Below are positions 30,084 through 38,001 of a stretch of DNA of 64,000 bases, piece after piece. Where the stretch lies: contig SVIS01000001.1 of the NCBI GenBank assembly GCA_015069385.1, forward strand, positions 17,127 to 81,126. Reading direction: 5' to 3'. Made by a program: the position numbers and the translations under genes. The DNA comes from Clostridiales bacterium. GTDB taxonomy: Bacteria; Bacillota; Clostridia; Christensenellales; UBA1242. The notes under the pieces are model-generated. The model saw only the letters and a program-made list of their open reading frames with translations, did no database searches and had not been told where the DNA came from. The first letter of the stretch is position 1. The number at the start of each line of letters is the position of its first letter.

Positions 30084-31234
30084 AAAAAGTAATTTTACTT
30101 CGCTTTGGCGAAATTTATTTAAAAGGTAAAAATAAAGGGTATTTTGAAAGGGTTTTATTAAGAAATATTAAAACAGCATTAAGCAACATTGATTGCATAG
30201 TGAATAAAACTTCTGGTAGATATATTGTATCAGATTTTGATGATATGGACTATAATAATATTGTATCAAAATTAACAAAAGTTTTTGGATTAACATCTTT
30301 AAGTGTGGCAACAGAATTTGATACAAGTAGAAATAATATAGAGAACTTTTTGGCAAATTTTAAAACCAATGTAAAAACTTTTAGAGTATCGGTTAAAAGA
30401 GCAGATAAAACATTTAACATAGCATCAAATGAATATGAAAAAATTTTGGGTGAAATAGTTTTAAATGCAAACCCTAATTTAAAAGTAAAATTAAAAGAAC
30501 CAGAACTTGAACTTGTTGTTGAAATTAGAGAAAACAAAAAAACATATGTACTAACAGAAAGTATTAATTGTGCTGGAGGAATGCCAGTTGGTACTGCAGG
30601 AAAGGGATTAGTGCTTTTAAGTGGGGGAATAGATAGTCCAGTTTCTGCTTATATGATGTCAAAAAGAGGCTTAGAACTTGTTGCTCTACATTTTCATAGT
30701 TTTCCATATACAAGTTTGCAAGCAAAAGAAAAAGTAATTAAACTAGCCAAAATTTTGTCAAATTATACTGGTCATATTCAACTAATTTGTTGTCCTTTTA
30801 CTGAAATTCAAGAAGAAATTCATAAACATTGTTCACCAGAGTTTATGATAACTATAATGCGTAGAATTATGATGCGTATTTCAAAAATTGTATGCGACAA
30901 ATTTAATGCCAAAGCAATAATAACTGGTGAAAGTTTGGCACAAGTAGCAAGTCAAACCCTCGAAAGCATTAATGTTACTAATGAAGCACAAACAACTTAT
31001 CCAGTATTTAGACCTTGTATTGGCATGGATAAAAGTGAAATAATTGATATCTCTCAAAAAATAGGTACTTTTGAAACATCAATTTTACCATATGAAGATT
31101 GTTGTACTGTTTTTTTACCTAAAAATCCAGTAATAAAACCTCACTTAAATAAAGTAAAACGCGAAGAAAATAAATTAGATGTTGAAATATTAATTGAACA
31201 AGCGATTACAAAATTGGAAATAACAGAAATTTAA
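30080..31234 (+). CDS. thiI: tRNA 4-thiouridine synthase ThiI (no rhodanese domain)
   Basis: 384 aa. An N-terminal ferredoxin-like/THUMP region (RFGEIYLKGKN) is followed by the PP-loop LLSGGIDSPV. Confidence 0.9.
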   Translation: MKKVILLRFGEIYLKGKNKGYFERVLLRNIKTALSNIDCIVNKTSGRYIVSDFDDMDYNNIVSKLTKVFGLTSLSVATEFDTSRNNIENFLANFKTNVKTFRVSVKRADKTFNIASNEYEKILGEIVLNANPNLKVKLKEPELELVVEIRENKKTYVLTESINCAGGMPVGTAGKGLVLLSGGIDSPVSAYMMSKRGLELVALHFHSFPYTSLQAKEKVIKLAKILSNYTGHIQLICCPFTEIQEEIHKHCSPEFMITIMRRIMMRISKIVCDKFNAKAIITGESLAQVASQTLESINVTNEAQTTYPVFRPCIGMDKSEIIDISQKIGTFETSILPYEDCCTVFLPKNPVIKPHLNKVKREENKLDVEILIEQAITKLEITEI

Positions 31235-31244
31235 AATATAAATC

Positions 31245-31282
31245 AGTCAAATAAAAAGCATATTTATTTGACTTTATTTTTT
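31245..31282 (+). terminator. Intrinsic terminator after thiI
   Basis: Hairpin AGTCAAATAAA / TTTATTTGACT followed by a T-rich run. Confidence 0.7.
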
Positions 31283-31380
31283 ATATAGGTTAAACTAATT
31301 TTGTATGTTAGGGGTGCATACAATTTGAAAAGAACAATTCTCCTTTAGCCAACTATTAATAATTTTAAAGGGGAATATTT

Positions 31381-32964
31381 ATGAACATTAGCATTATGTG
31401 TGCTAGCGTTGTAGTTACAATTTGTATTTCTCTCGGTGCTCTAATAGTAGGTGCTATTGCAGGATATTTTATATTTAATTATCTTGCTTCAAAACGCACA
31501 AGTAAAAATAAAGCCACTGCTTTAAAAATTATTGAAGATGCTTATGCCGAGGCAAAAACAATAAAAAAAGAAGCTACAATCGAAGCAAAAGATGAAGTTC
31601 AAAAACTTAAAGATGAGGCAAATAAGGAAATCTCATTTAAAAGGGAAGAACTTAAAAAAACAGAAGATAGAATTTCTCAAAAAGAAGATTTTATTGATAA
31701 AAAAGACTTATACTTAGACAAAAAACAACAAGAACTTGATGAAAAATTCAAAAAAATCGATGAAAAGAATATTGAACTTACTAATGAATTAGAACAACAA
31801 ACTAAAATAAAAAATAATATGCTTTCTGAACTTGAAAAAATTTCTTTAATGAGCAAGGATGAGGCAAAGCAAGTACTAGTTAATTCAATGACAGAAGATG
31901 CCCGAAAAGAAGCAGCAAAAATAGTAAAACAAATAGAGGAAGATGCTAAAGAAAGCGCTCGAAAAGAAGCACAAAATATTGTTAGTCTAGCAATTCAAAA
32001 ATGTGCTACCGATATGGTTGCAGAAGCAACAATTTCTAACGTTACAATCCCAAACGAAGAAATGAAAGGTAGAATAATTGGTCGTGAAGGTCGTAATATT
32101 CGTGCTATTGAAAGTGCAACTGGTGTTGATTTAATCGTTGATGATACTCCAGAAACTATTACTCTTTCGTGCTTTGACCCTATAAGACGTGAAATTGCAA
32201 GATTATCTTTAGAAAAACTTATTCTAGATGGAAGAATTCATCCAACCCGAATTGAAGAAATAGTAGAAAAAGTTAAAAGAGACATTGATGTGCAAATAAA
32301 AGAAGCTGGCGATCAAGCAGTAAATGATGCTGGCGTTTATGGATTGCATCCAGAACTTATAAAAACTTTAGGTCGTTTAAAATATAGAACAAGTTACGGA
32401 CAAAATGTTTTAAAACATAGCCTTGAAACTTGTTATATAGCAGGTTTGCTTGCTGCTGAAATTGGCGCAGATGTAAAAACAGCAAAACGTGGTGGTTTAT
32501 TACATGATATAGGTAAAGCACTTGACCACGAAGTTGAAGGTACTCATGTTCAAATAGGAGTCGATTTAGCAAAAAAATATAAAGAAAGTCCAGCAGTTAT
32601 TCATTGTATAGAGGCTCATCATTTTAATGTTGAATTTAATAGTGTTGAGGCCATTTTAGTCCAAGTTGCTGATGCTATTTCAAGTGCAAGACCTGGTGCT
32701 AGACGTGAAACTATGGAGACATATGTTAAACGTTTAGAACAATTAGAAGGTATTGCAAATGAGTTTAAAGGTGTAGATAAATCATTTGCTGTTCAGGCCG
32801 GTAGAGAAGTGCGAATAATTGTTAAACCTGAACAAATTTCAGATGAAGACGCAATGTTTATGGCAAAAGATATTGCTAAAAAGATTGAAGACCAAATGGA
32901 ATATCCAGGTCAAATTAAAGTTAACGTTATTAGAGAATCAAGGTTTGTTGAAACAGCTAAATAA
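31381..32964 (+). CDS. rny: Ribonuclease Y
   Basis: 527 aa. An N-terminal TM helix and a coiled coil are followed by a KH domain ([12 protein letters not shown]) and an HD domain ([15 protein letters not shown]...GLLHDIGK). Confidence 0.95.
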   Translation: MNISIMCASVVVTICISLGALIVGAIAGYFIFNYLASKRTSKNKATALKIIEDAYAEAKTIKKEATIEAKDEVQKLKDEANKEISFKREELKKTEDRISQKEDFIDKKDLYLDKKQQELDEKFKKIDEKNIELTNELEQQTKIKNNMLSELEKISLMSKDEAKQVLVNSMTEDARKEAAKIVKQIEEDAKESARKEAQNIVSLAIQKCATDMVAEATISNVTIPNEEMKGRIIGREGRNIRAIESATGVDLIVDDTPETITLSCFDPIRREIARLSLEKLILDGRIHPTRIEEIVEKVKRDIDVQIKEAGDQAVNDAGVYGLHPELIKTLGRLKYRTSYGQNVLKHSLETCYIAGLLAAEIGADVKTAKRGGLLHDIGKALDHEVEGTHVQIGVDLAKKYKESPAVIHCIEAHHFNVEFNSVEAILVQVADAISSARPGARRETMETYVKRLEQLEGIANEFKGVDKSFAVQAGREVRIIVKPEQISDEDAMFMAKDIAKKIEDQMEYPGQIKVNVIRESRFVETAK

Positions 32965-32967
32965 TAA

Positions 32968-32996
32968 GAAAAGTCCTAATTTATAGGACTTTTTTA
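32968..32996 (+). terminator. Intrinsic terminator after rny
   Basis: Hairpin AGTCCT / AGGACT followed by TTTTT. Confidence 0.75.
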
Positions 32997-33010
32997 TATT
33001 CATAAGCAAA

Positions 33011-33027
33011 TGTCGAATATTGTCGAA
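33011..33027 (+). promoter_or_regulatory. Two tandem consensus Spo0A (0A) boxes TGTCGAA
   Basis: TGTCGAA occurs at 33011-33017 and 33021-33027, giving exact 10-bp phasing. The boxes lie about 50 bp upstream of the -35 of the antiporter-mgtC promoter. Confidence 0.5.
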
Positions 33028-33078
33028 TTTATAAACAAAAATTAAAGAAAGCACCTAAACACTTTAAATTAATATTGG

Positions 33079-33107
33079 TTGACCTTTTGATAATAAGTTT
33101 GTATACT
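33079..33107 (+). promoter_or_regulatory. Sigma-A type promoter of the antiporter-mgtC operon
   Basis: TTGACC, 17 nt, TATACT. Confidence 0.6.
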
Positions 33108-33168
33108 AAAAAAACAAACAAATAAATAAATTTTTGCATAAACTATAAATTACACTAAAGGAGGTCAA

Positions 33169-34623
33169 GTGGACTGGTATATTAACGCATTATCTCAAAC
33201 ATCTCAAACAACACAAGTTATTGTTTCTATAGCAATTATGCTCACATTTGGCTTTCTTTTAACAAGATTAACAAAACTAATCAAATTACCAAATGTTACA
33301 GGTTATATTTTAGCAGGTATTATAATTGGTCCCTATTGTTTAAATTTAATTCCTCTTAATATAATTAGTGGACTAGATTTCATCTCTGATATAGCACTTG
33401 CTTTTATTGCTTTTAGTGTTGGCGAGTATTTTAAATTTTCAAGTATTAAAAAAAATGGTTTTAAAGTTTTTGCGCTAACACTTTTTGAAGGATTAATAGC
33501 TTCATTGCTCGTTTTTGTTGTAATGTATTTTGCATTAGGCTTAAGTTTAACTTTTTCAATCATTTTAGCAGCATTGGCTTCTGCAACAGCCCCAGCCTCA
33601 ACAATTATGACAATTAAGCAAAAAAAGGCCAAGGGCGAATTTGTTGATACATTATTGCAAGTAATCACTTATGACAATTTTGTTAGTTTAATTTTATTTA
33701 GTGTTGCACTATCATTAACTTTAGCAACAAGTTCAACAGAGGCAGTAAGTTTTGGTGTAATTATGTTACCAATACTTAAAAATATTGGTGCAATTGCTAT
33801 TGGGGTCGCTTTAGGATTTATATTAAAATTACTTATGCAATTTAAACACGGCTCCGATAACAGATTAATTATTATTTTATGTATTTTATTTTTATTCTGT
33901 GGAATTTGTTCTCTTTTAGATGTATCACCACTACTTGGTTGTATAGCTATTGGTATGATATATACAAATTTTGCAAAAGAAGAAAAATTATTTTTACAAG
34001 TAAATTATTTTACTCCACCAATTATGTTACTATTTTTTGTAACATCAGGATTATCTTTTAATTTTTCAGCACTTTTTACCTCATCTAGCATTATTGGCAA
34101 CATACCATTAGTAGTTATTGGGCTTGTTTATTTAATTATAAGATTTATAGGCAAATATGCTGGTTCTTACTTAGGTGCAACAACACTTAAATGTTCAAAA
34201 AATATAAGGAATTATTTAGGTCTTGGTTTAATACCTCAAGCAGGGGTTGCAATAGGTCTTGCCGCTTTAGGTGCAAGAACAATTGGGGGAGAAATAGGCG
34301 ATGCTTTAGTAACGGTAATTTTAACAGCAAGTATTTTGTATGAAATTATTGGACCAATATGTGCCAACATCTCTTTATATCTATCTAAATCTTATCCAAG
34401 TAAACTAGAAGAACTAGTGCCAACAAATGAAATAACTAGCAAAGAAGAAAAAACAGAGGTTCAACTTTTAATAGAGCGTATACAAATGATTGAACAACAA
34501 AATAAAAACAAATTGAATGAATTATCACAAGAAGAAGCGGCTTTTAACGAAGCAAGTGAAGAATATTTAGAAGCATTTTATAACGAAATAAAAATAAAAA
34601 GAAATCGCCGTAACAGGTTTTAA
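33169..34623 (+). CDS. Cation:proton antiporter (CPA2 / Kef-type Na+/H+ exchanger family)
   Basis: 484 aa with about 12 TM helices. Contains LPNVTGYILAGIIIGP. It has a GTG start with the RBS AAAGGAGG and a charged coiled C-terminal tail. Confidence 0.8.
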   Translation: MDWYINALSQTSQTTQVIVSIAIMLTFGFLLTRLTKLIKLPNVTGYILAGIIIGPYCLNLIPLNIISGLDFISDIALAFIAFSVGEYFKFSSIKKNGFKVFALTLFEGLIASLLVFVVMYFALGLSLTFSIILAALASATAPASTIMTIKQKKAKGEFVDTLLQVITYDNFVSLILFSVALSLTLATSSTEAVSFGVIMLPILKNIGAIAIGVALGFILKLLMQFKHGSDNRLIIILCILFLFCGICSLLDVSPLLGCIAIGMIYTNFAKEEKLFLQVNYFTPPIMLLFFVTSGLSFNFSALFTSSSIIGNIPLVVIGLVYLIIRFIGKYAGSYLGATTLKCSKNIRNYLGLGLIPQAGVAIGLAALGARTIGGEIGDALVTVILTASILYEIIGPICANISLYLSKSYPSKLEELVPTNEITSKEEKTEVQLLIERIQMIEQQNKNKLNELSQEEAAFNEASEEYLEAFYNEIKIKRNRRNRF

Positions 34624-34634
34624 AGGAGAATTTT

Positions 34635-35357
34635 ATGAATATTATAGACCCTATTGCAAAATTATTAGGAGAGTGGTCAGCAACAATTTCTGTTGGTGCA
34701 ATATTTTTACGAATATTTTTGGCATTAACACTTTCTGCAATGCTTGGTTGCGAAAGAGCACGTAAAAGACATTCGGCAGGTCTTAGAACATTTATGGTAG
34801 TTGCTCTTGCTTGTACTCTTGCTGGTATGATTGATATGTTTTTGATAGAAACATTAGGATTATCATTTGCTTTCGTTTCTGTCGGAGTTGTAATTGCTGT
34901 AGCATCTTTAAGTAATAATTCTATTTTATTTACTTCTAAAAATCAAATTAAAGGATTAACTACTTCTGTTAGTTTATGGGCATGTGGACTAATTGGTCTA
35001 TGTCTTGGAGTAGGTTTTTATACAATAGCAATTGTTGGCTCTATAATTCTTTTATGTAGCCTTTCAATATTTCCTAAAATAGAAAGGTATTTAAAAAACC
35101 GTTCTAATCACTTTGAAATTCATTTAGAATTAGATAATAAAAATAATCTTCCAAGATTTATGTCAACCATACGTGAACTTGGGCTAAGAATTGATGAAAT
35201 TGAGGTTAATTCTGCATATTTAAATTCGGGTTTGAGTGTTTATACTGTTTCGCTAACTATTTTAAGTGAAGAATTAAAAAAATATAAAACGCATGCAGAA
35301 ATAATAGCGGCAATTAACTCTTTAGAATATGTTAAATATATAGAGGAAATGCGATAA
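34635..35357 (+). CDS. MgtC/SapB family membrane protein
   Basis: 240 aa. Contains LGCERARKRHSAGLRTF and GLTTSVSLWACGLIGLCLGVGFY, followed by a C-terminal ACT-like soluble domain. Confidence 0.8.
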   Translation: MNIIDPIAKLLGEWSATISVGAIFLRIFLALTLSAMLGCERARKRHSAGLRTFMVVALACTLAGMIDMFLIETLGLSFAFVSVGVVIAVASLSNNSILFTSKNQIKGLTTSVSLWACGLIGLCLGVGFYTIAIVGSIILLCSLSIFPKIERYLKNRSNHFEIHLELDNKNNLPRFMSTIRELGLRIDEIEVNSAYLNSGLSVYTVSLTILSEELKKYKTHAEIIAAINSLEYVKYIEEMR

Positions 35358-35395
35358 AATAAAAAGGCGAGTGGTTCCCCCCCCATTCGCTTTTA

Positions 35396-36124
35396 TTATT
35401 CAGCAGCCATTAATGATTTACGCATTTTTTCTATTATTTTATTTTCAAGTCTACTAACTTGTACTTGTGATACACCTAAAATTTTTGCTATTTCACTTTG
35501 AGTTTTATCTCTAAAAAATCTAAGAATAATAATTTGTTTATCACGTTCATCTAAGTTTTTTAAAACTTCTTTTAAAACAATATTATCAACCATATCATCA
35601 CTTGTATCATCAGTATACTTGTCTAATAAAAAATTTGTTTTTGAATCTTCATCATCAGATGGTGTATATATTGATATTGGCATTTTTGCTGAATCCATAG
35701 TAAAAATAACTTCAGTTGGTTCTATATTGAAATGCTTTCCAATTTCTTCATAGGTTGGCTTTCTATATTCCTTTTTTATAAATTCTTCAACATATCGGTT
35801 AATTTTAATATTTTGAGCCTTAATTGCTCTAGAAACTTTAATCGCTCCATCATCACGCATAAATCTTTTAATTTCACCTATAACCATTGGAACAACATAA
35901 GTAGAGAATTTGGTTTGAAAACTTTCATCAAAATTATAAATGGCTTTTATAAAACCAAGACATCCTAACTGATAAAGGTCATCATATTCTATTCCTTTAT
36001 TTATATATCTTTTAATCAAACATTTTATAAGAGGAGAGTTTGCTTTTACAAGTTCTTCTTTTGCTAAATTATCACCTTGCTTTGCTCGCTTGATTAATTC
36101 AAGCGTTTCCTCTTGTGTAAACAT
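35396..36124 (-). CDS. sigF: Sporulation sigma factor SigF
   Basis: Contains region 2 DDLYQLGCLGFIKAIYNFD, then region 3 and region 4 (QSEIAKILGVSQVQVSRLE). It is the third gene of the spoIIA operon, and its ATG overlaps the spoIIAB TGA. Confidence 0.9.
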   Translation of the reverse strand: MFTQEETLELIKRAKQGDNLAKEELVKANSPLIKCLIKRYINKGIEYDDLYQLGCLGFIKAIYNFDESFQTKFSTYVVPMVIGEIKRFMRDDGAIKVSRAIKAQNIKINRYVEEFIKKEYRKPTYEEIGKHFNIEPTEVIFTMDSAKMPISIYTPSDDEDSKTNFLLDKYTDDTSDDMVDNIVLKEVLKNLDERDKQIIILRFFRDKTQSEIAKILGVSQVQVSRLENKIIEKMRKSLMAAE

Positions 36125-36576
36125 CAAACACCTGCTACAGTTTGCGAATAATTATCTTTAAAAATTTTCTCCATTTTAACTAAAACGCCAGTTTTACCAT
36201 TTTTTTGTAAACTAACAGAATCCATAAAACTCTCCATAACTGTAAACCCCATTCCCGAACGTTCTTCATTAGGTTTTGTTGTATAAAAAGGCTCTCTAGC
36301 TTTATCAAAATCATCTATTCCTATTCCATTGTCACTTATTTCTATTACAACACCAGTATTATATAATTTAACCCTAATGGTTATATCTCCATCTTTTAAA
36401 GGATAAGCATGTACTACAGCATTAGTAACAGCTTCGCTTACAGCAGTTTTAATATCTGTTATTTCATCAACAGAAGGATTTGCCTGAATACAAAAAGCAG
36501 CAATAGCAGAACGAGCAAAACCTTCATTGATTGATATAGCTTTAAACTTTATTTCCATTTCATTAATAGTTCTCAT
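36124..36576 (-). CDS. spoIIAB: Anti-sigma F factor SpoIIAB (serine kinase)
   Basis: 150 aa. Contains the GHKL motifs EAVTNAVVHAY, DNGIGI and GMGF. Confidence 0.92.
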   Translation of the reverse strand: MRTINEMEIKFKAISINEGFARSAIAAFCIQANPSVDEITDIKTAVSEAVTNAVVHAYPLKDGDITIRVKLYNTGVVIEISDNGIGIDDFDKAREPFYTTKPNEERSGMGFTVMESFMDSVSLQKNGKTGVLVKMEKIFKDNYSQTVAGV

Positions 36577-36586
36577 AAATTACTCC

Positions 36587-36895
36587 TTAAGATATTTTTG
36601 GCATAATGTCATATAAACCAGTCATTTTGAATATTCTTTCTGCATGGCTTGATGGATTACATATAAATATAGGAATATTTTTATCCTTAAGTTTTTTATA
36701 TCTGCCTACAAGAACCCCAATGCCAGTGCTATCCATAAAATCTAATTCAGATAAATCAATTATTACTTGATTAAAATTTGGTTTACTAAATATCTCATCT
36801 AAGTTTATTCTTGTTTGATAAGCGCTATGCTCATCTAATTCTCCGCTTAAAATTACATAAAGTGTTCTTTCATATATTCTATTTTTTATTTGCAT
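36587..36895 (-). CDS. spoIIAA: Anti-sigma F factor antagonist SpoIIAA (STAS domain)
   Basis: 102 aa. Contains the phosphorylatable Ser context FMDSTGIGVLVGRYK. Confidence 0.9.
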   Translation of the reverse strand: MQIKNRIYERTLYVILSGELDEHSAYQTRINLDEIFSKPNFNQVIIDLSELDFMDSTGIGVLVGRYKKLKDKNIPIFICNPSSHAERIFKMTGLYDIMPKIS

Positions 36896-37050
36896 ATCTT
36901 CCTCCTATTAAAAACATTTAAATTTTAACATCTTGTTTTTGTATTAATTTGACAAAGAGAGAAGAATAAATAAAAATATTGTCAAAAATTAAAAATGTAA
37001 TTCTATATTTAAAATTAAAAAAAATATTTTAAAAAACTTTTAAAAAAACG

Positions 37051-37079
37051 TTGACAAGTTTTTAAAATTATAATATTAT
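37051..37079 (+). promoter_or_regulatory. Promoter of the tRNA cluster
   Basis: TTGACA (37051-37056), 17 nt, TATTAT (37074-37079), about 20 nt upstream of tRNA-Pro. Confidence 0.6.
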
Positions 37080-37097
37080 ATCTGAGTCAGTATCAGA

Positions 37098-37173
37098 CGG
37101 GGTGTAGCGCAGTTGGTAGCGCACGTGGTTTGGGACCATGGGGCCGGGAGTTCGAGTCTCTTCACCCCGACCA
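37098..37173 (+). tRNA. tRNA-Pro (anticodon TGG), encoded CCA
   Basis: Cloverleaf read by hand. The acceptor is CGGGGTG/CACCCCG, the anticodon loop is TTTGGGA, and the T-loop is TTCGAGT. Confidence 0.9.
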
Positions 37174-37181
37174 TAATTTTT

Positions 37182-37258
37182 GGGTCTTTAGCTCAGTTGG
37201 TTAGAGCTACCGGCTCATAACCGGTTGGTCCGGGGTTCGAGTCCCTGAAGACCCACCA
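37182..37258 (+). tRNA. tRNA with CAT anticodon, probably tRNA-Ile2 (lysidine-modified) rather than elongator Met
   Basis: The acceptor is GGGTCTT/AAGACCC. The anticodon arm CCGGCTCATAACCGG followed by TTGGTC resembles the Ile2(CAU) type. CCA is encoded. Confidence 0.8.
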
Positions 37259-37302
37259 AAAATTACTTTGGTGAAGTTATGGTACTAGAAATAAAATTTT
37301 GT

Positions 37303-37379
37303 GGTTCGGTAGTTCAGCTGGTTAGAACGCTAGCCTGTCACGCTAGAGGTCGTGGGTTCGATCCCCATCCGAATCGCCA
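37303..37379 (+). tRNA. tRNA-Asp (anticodon GTC)
   Basis: Sequence GGTTCGGTAGTTCAGCTGGTTAGAAC...CCTGTCACG...GGTTCGATCCC...CCGAATCGCCA. Confidence 0.92.
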
Positions 37380-37383
37380 ATTT

Positions 37384-37459
37384 GCCTCGGTAGCTCAGTC
37401 GGTAGAGCAAGGGACTGAAAATCCCTGTGTCGGTGGTTCGATTCCGCCCCGCGGCACCA
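37384..37459 (+). tRNA. tRNA-Phe (anticodon GAA)
   Basis: Sequence GCCTCGGTAGCTCAGTCGGTAGAGC...GACTGAAAATC...GGTTCGATTCC...CCGCGGCACCA. The acceptor stem has one U4-C69 mismatch. Confidence 0.88.
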
Positions 37460-37598
37460 CGCTTAAGCGGTTAAATACTGCTTTAGGCATATTGTTAGCC
37501 AGTTTGTTGGCATTAAAAATAACACACCCTCCCCTTTTAATATATTTTTTGTGGTTTAGATTTTTGGTGTTATTTTTATCTAGTAAATACCACTTTAT

Positions 37599-37674
37599 GC
37601 TGGTGTAGCTCAATTGGCAGAGCAACTGACTTGTAATCAGTAGGTTGTTGGTTCGATTCCGATCACCAGCTCCA
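37599..37674 (+). tRNA. tRNA-Thr (anticodon TGT)
   Basis: Sequence GCTGGTGTAGCTCAATTGGCAGAGC...GACTTGTAATC...GGTTCGATTCC...CACCAGCTCCA. Confidence 0.92.
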
Positions 37675-37679
37675 ACCTT

Positions 37680-37765
37680 GGGTAGGTTGCAGAGCGGCCA
37701 AATGCTACGGACTGTAAATCCGTCGACTTACGTCTTCGGTGGTTCGAATCCACCCCTGCCCACCA
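37680..37765 (+). tRNA. tRNA-Tyr (anticodon GTA), class II with a long variable arm
   Basis: Sequence GGGTAGGTTGCAGAGCGG...GACTGTAAATC, then the long variable arm CGACTTACGTCTTCG, then GGTTCGAATCC...CCTGCCCACCA. Confidence 0.9.
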
Positions 37766-37776
37766 TTAGGAAAGTG

Positions 37777-37815
37777 CCTCAATACCTTTATTTAAAAGGA
37801 ATTGAGGTTTTTTTA
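37777..37815 (+). terminator. Intrinsic terminator ending the tRNA cluster
   Basis: Hairpin CCTCAAT / ATTGAGG followed by TTTTTTT. Confidence 0.75.
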
Positions 37816-37878
37816 TTTCATTTTAAAATTTTATGCACACATTTACCTTAAGCCGTAAAAAATGTGCCAATTTATTAA

Positions 37879-37902
37879 AAAAGTTGTACCAAAAGTTGTA
37901 CC
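37879..37902. repeat. Tandem 12-bp repeat AAAAGTTGTACC, two copies
   Basis: Perfect tandem duplication in the intergenic region downstream of the tRNA cluster. Confidence 0.8.
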
Positions 37903-37961
37903 AAATTTTTTTTAAAAAATACAGAATAAATTGTTATACAATTTAAGTTTTTATATCATTA

Positions 37962-37998
37962 AAAAGCCTCAACTAACAAAACAGTAGTTGAGGTTTAT
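37962..37998 (-). terminator. Intrinsic terminator after the 38002-39357 lipoprotein gene
   Basis: Hairpin CCTCAACTA / TAGTTGAGG with a flanking T-run on the minus strand. Confidence 0.7.
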
Positions 37999-38001
37999 TA
38001 A

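Noticed and set aside
36947-36985. Spo0A boxes upstream of the spoIIA operon: TTTGACA at 36947-36953 and TGTCAAA at 36979-36985.
   Set aside because: Each differs from the TGTCGAA consensus at the central G. Such A/T-rich heptamers are expected by chance in this genome, and no convincing sigma-H promoter could be read nearby. They are left as unconfirmed.
37279-37851. ORFs at 37279-37608 (+), 37395-37625 (-) and 37645-37851 (+).
   Set aside because: They run straight through the tRNA-Asp, Phe, Thr and Tyr genes, so they are artefacts of the tRNA cluster.
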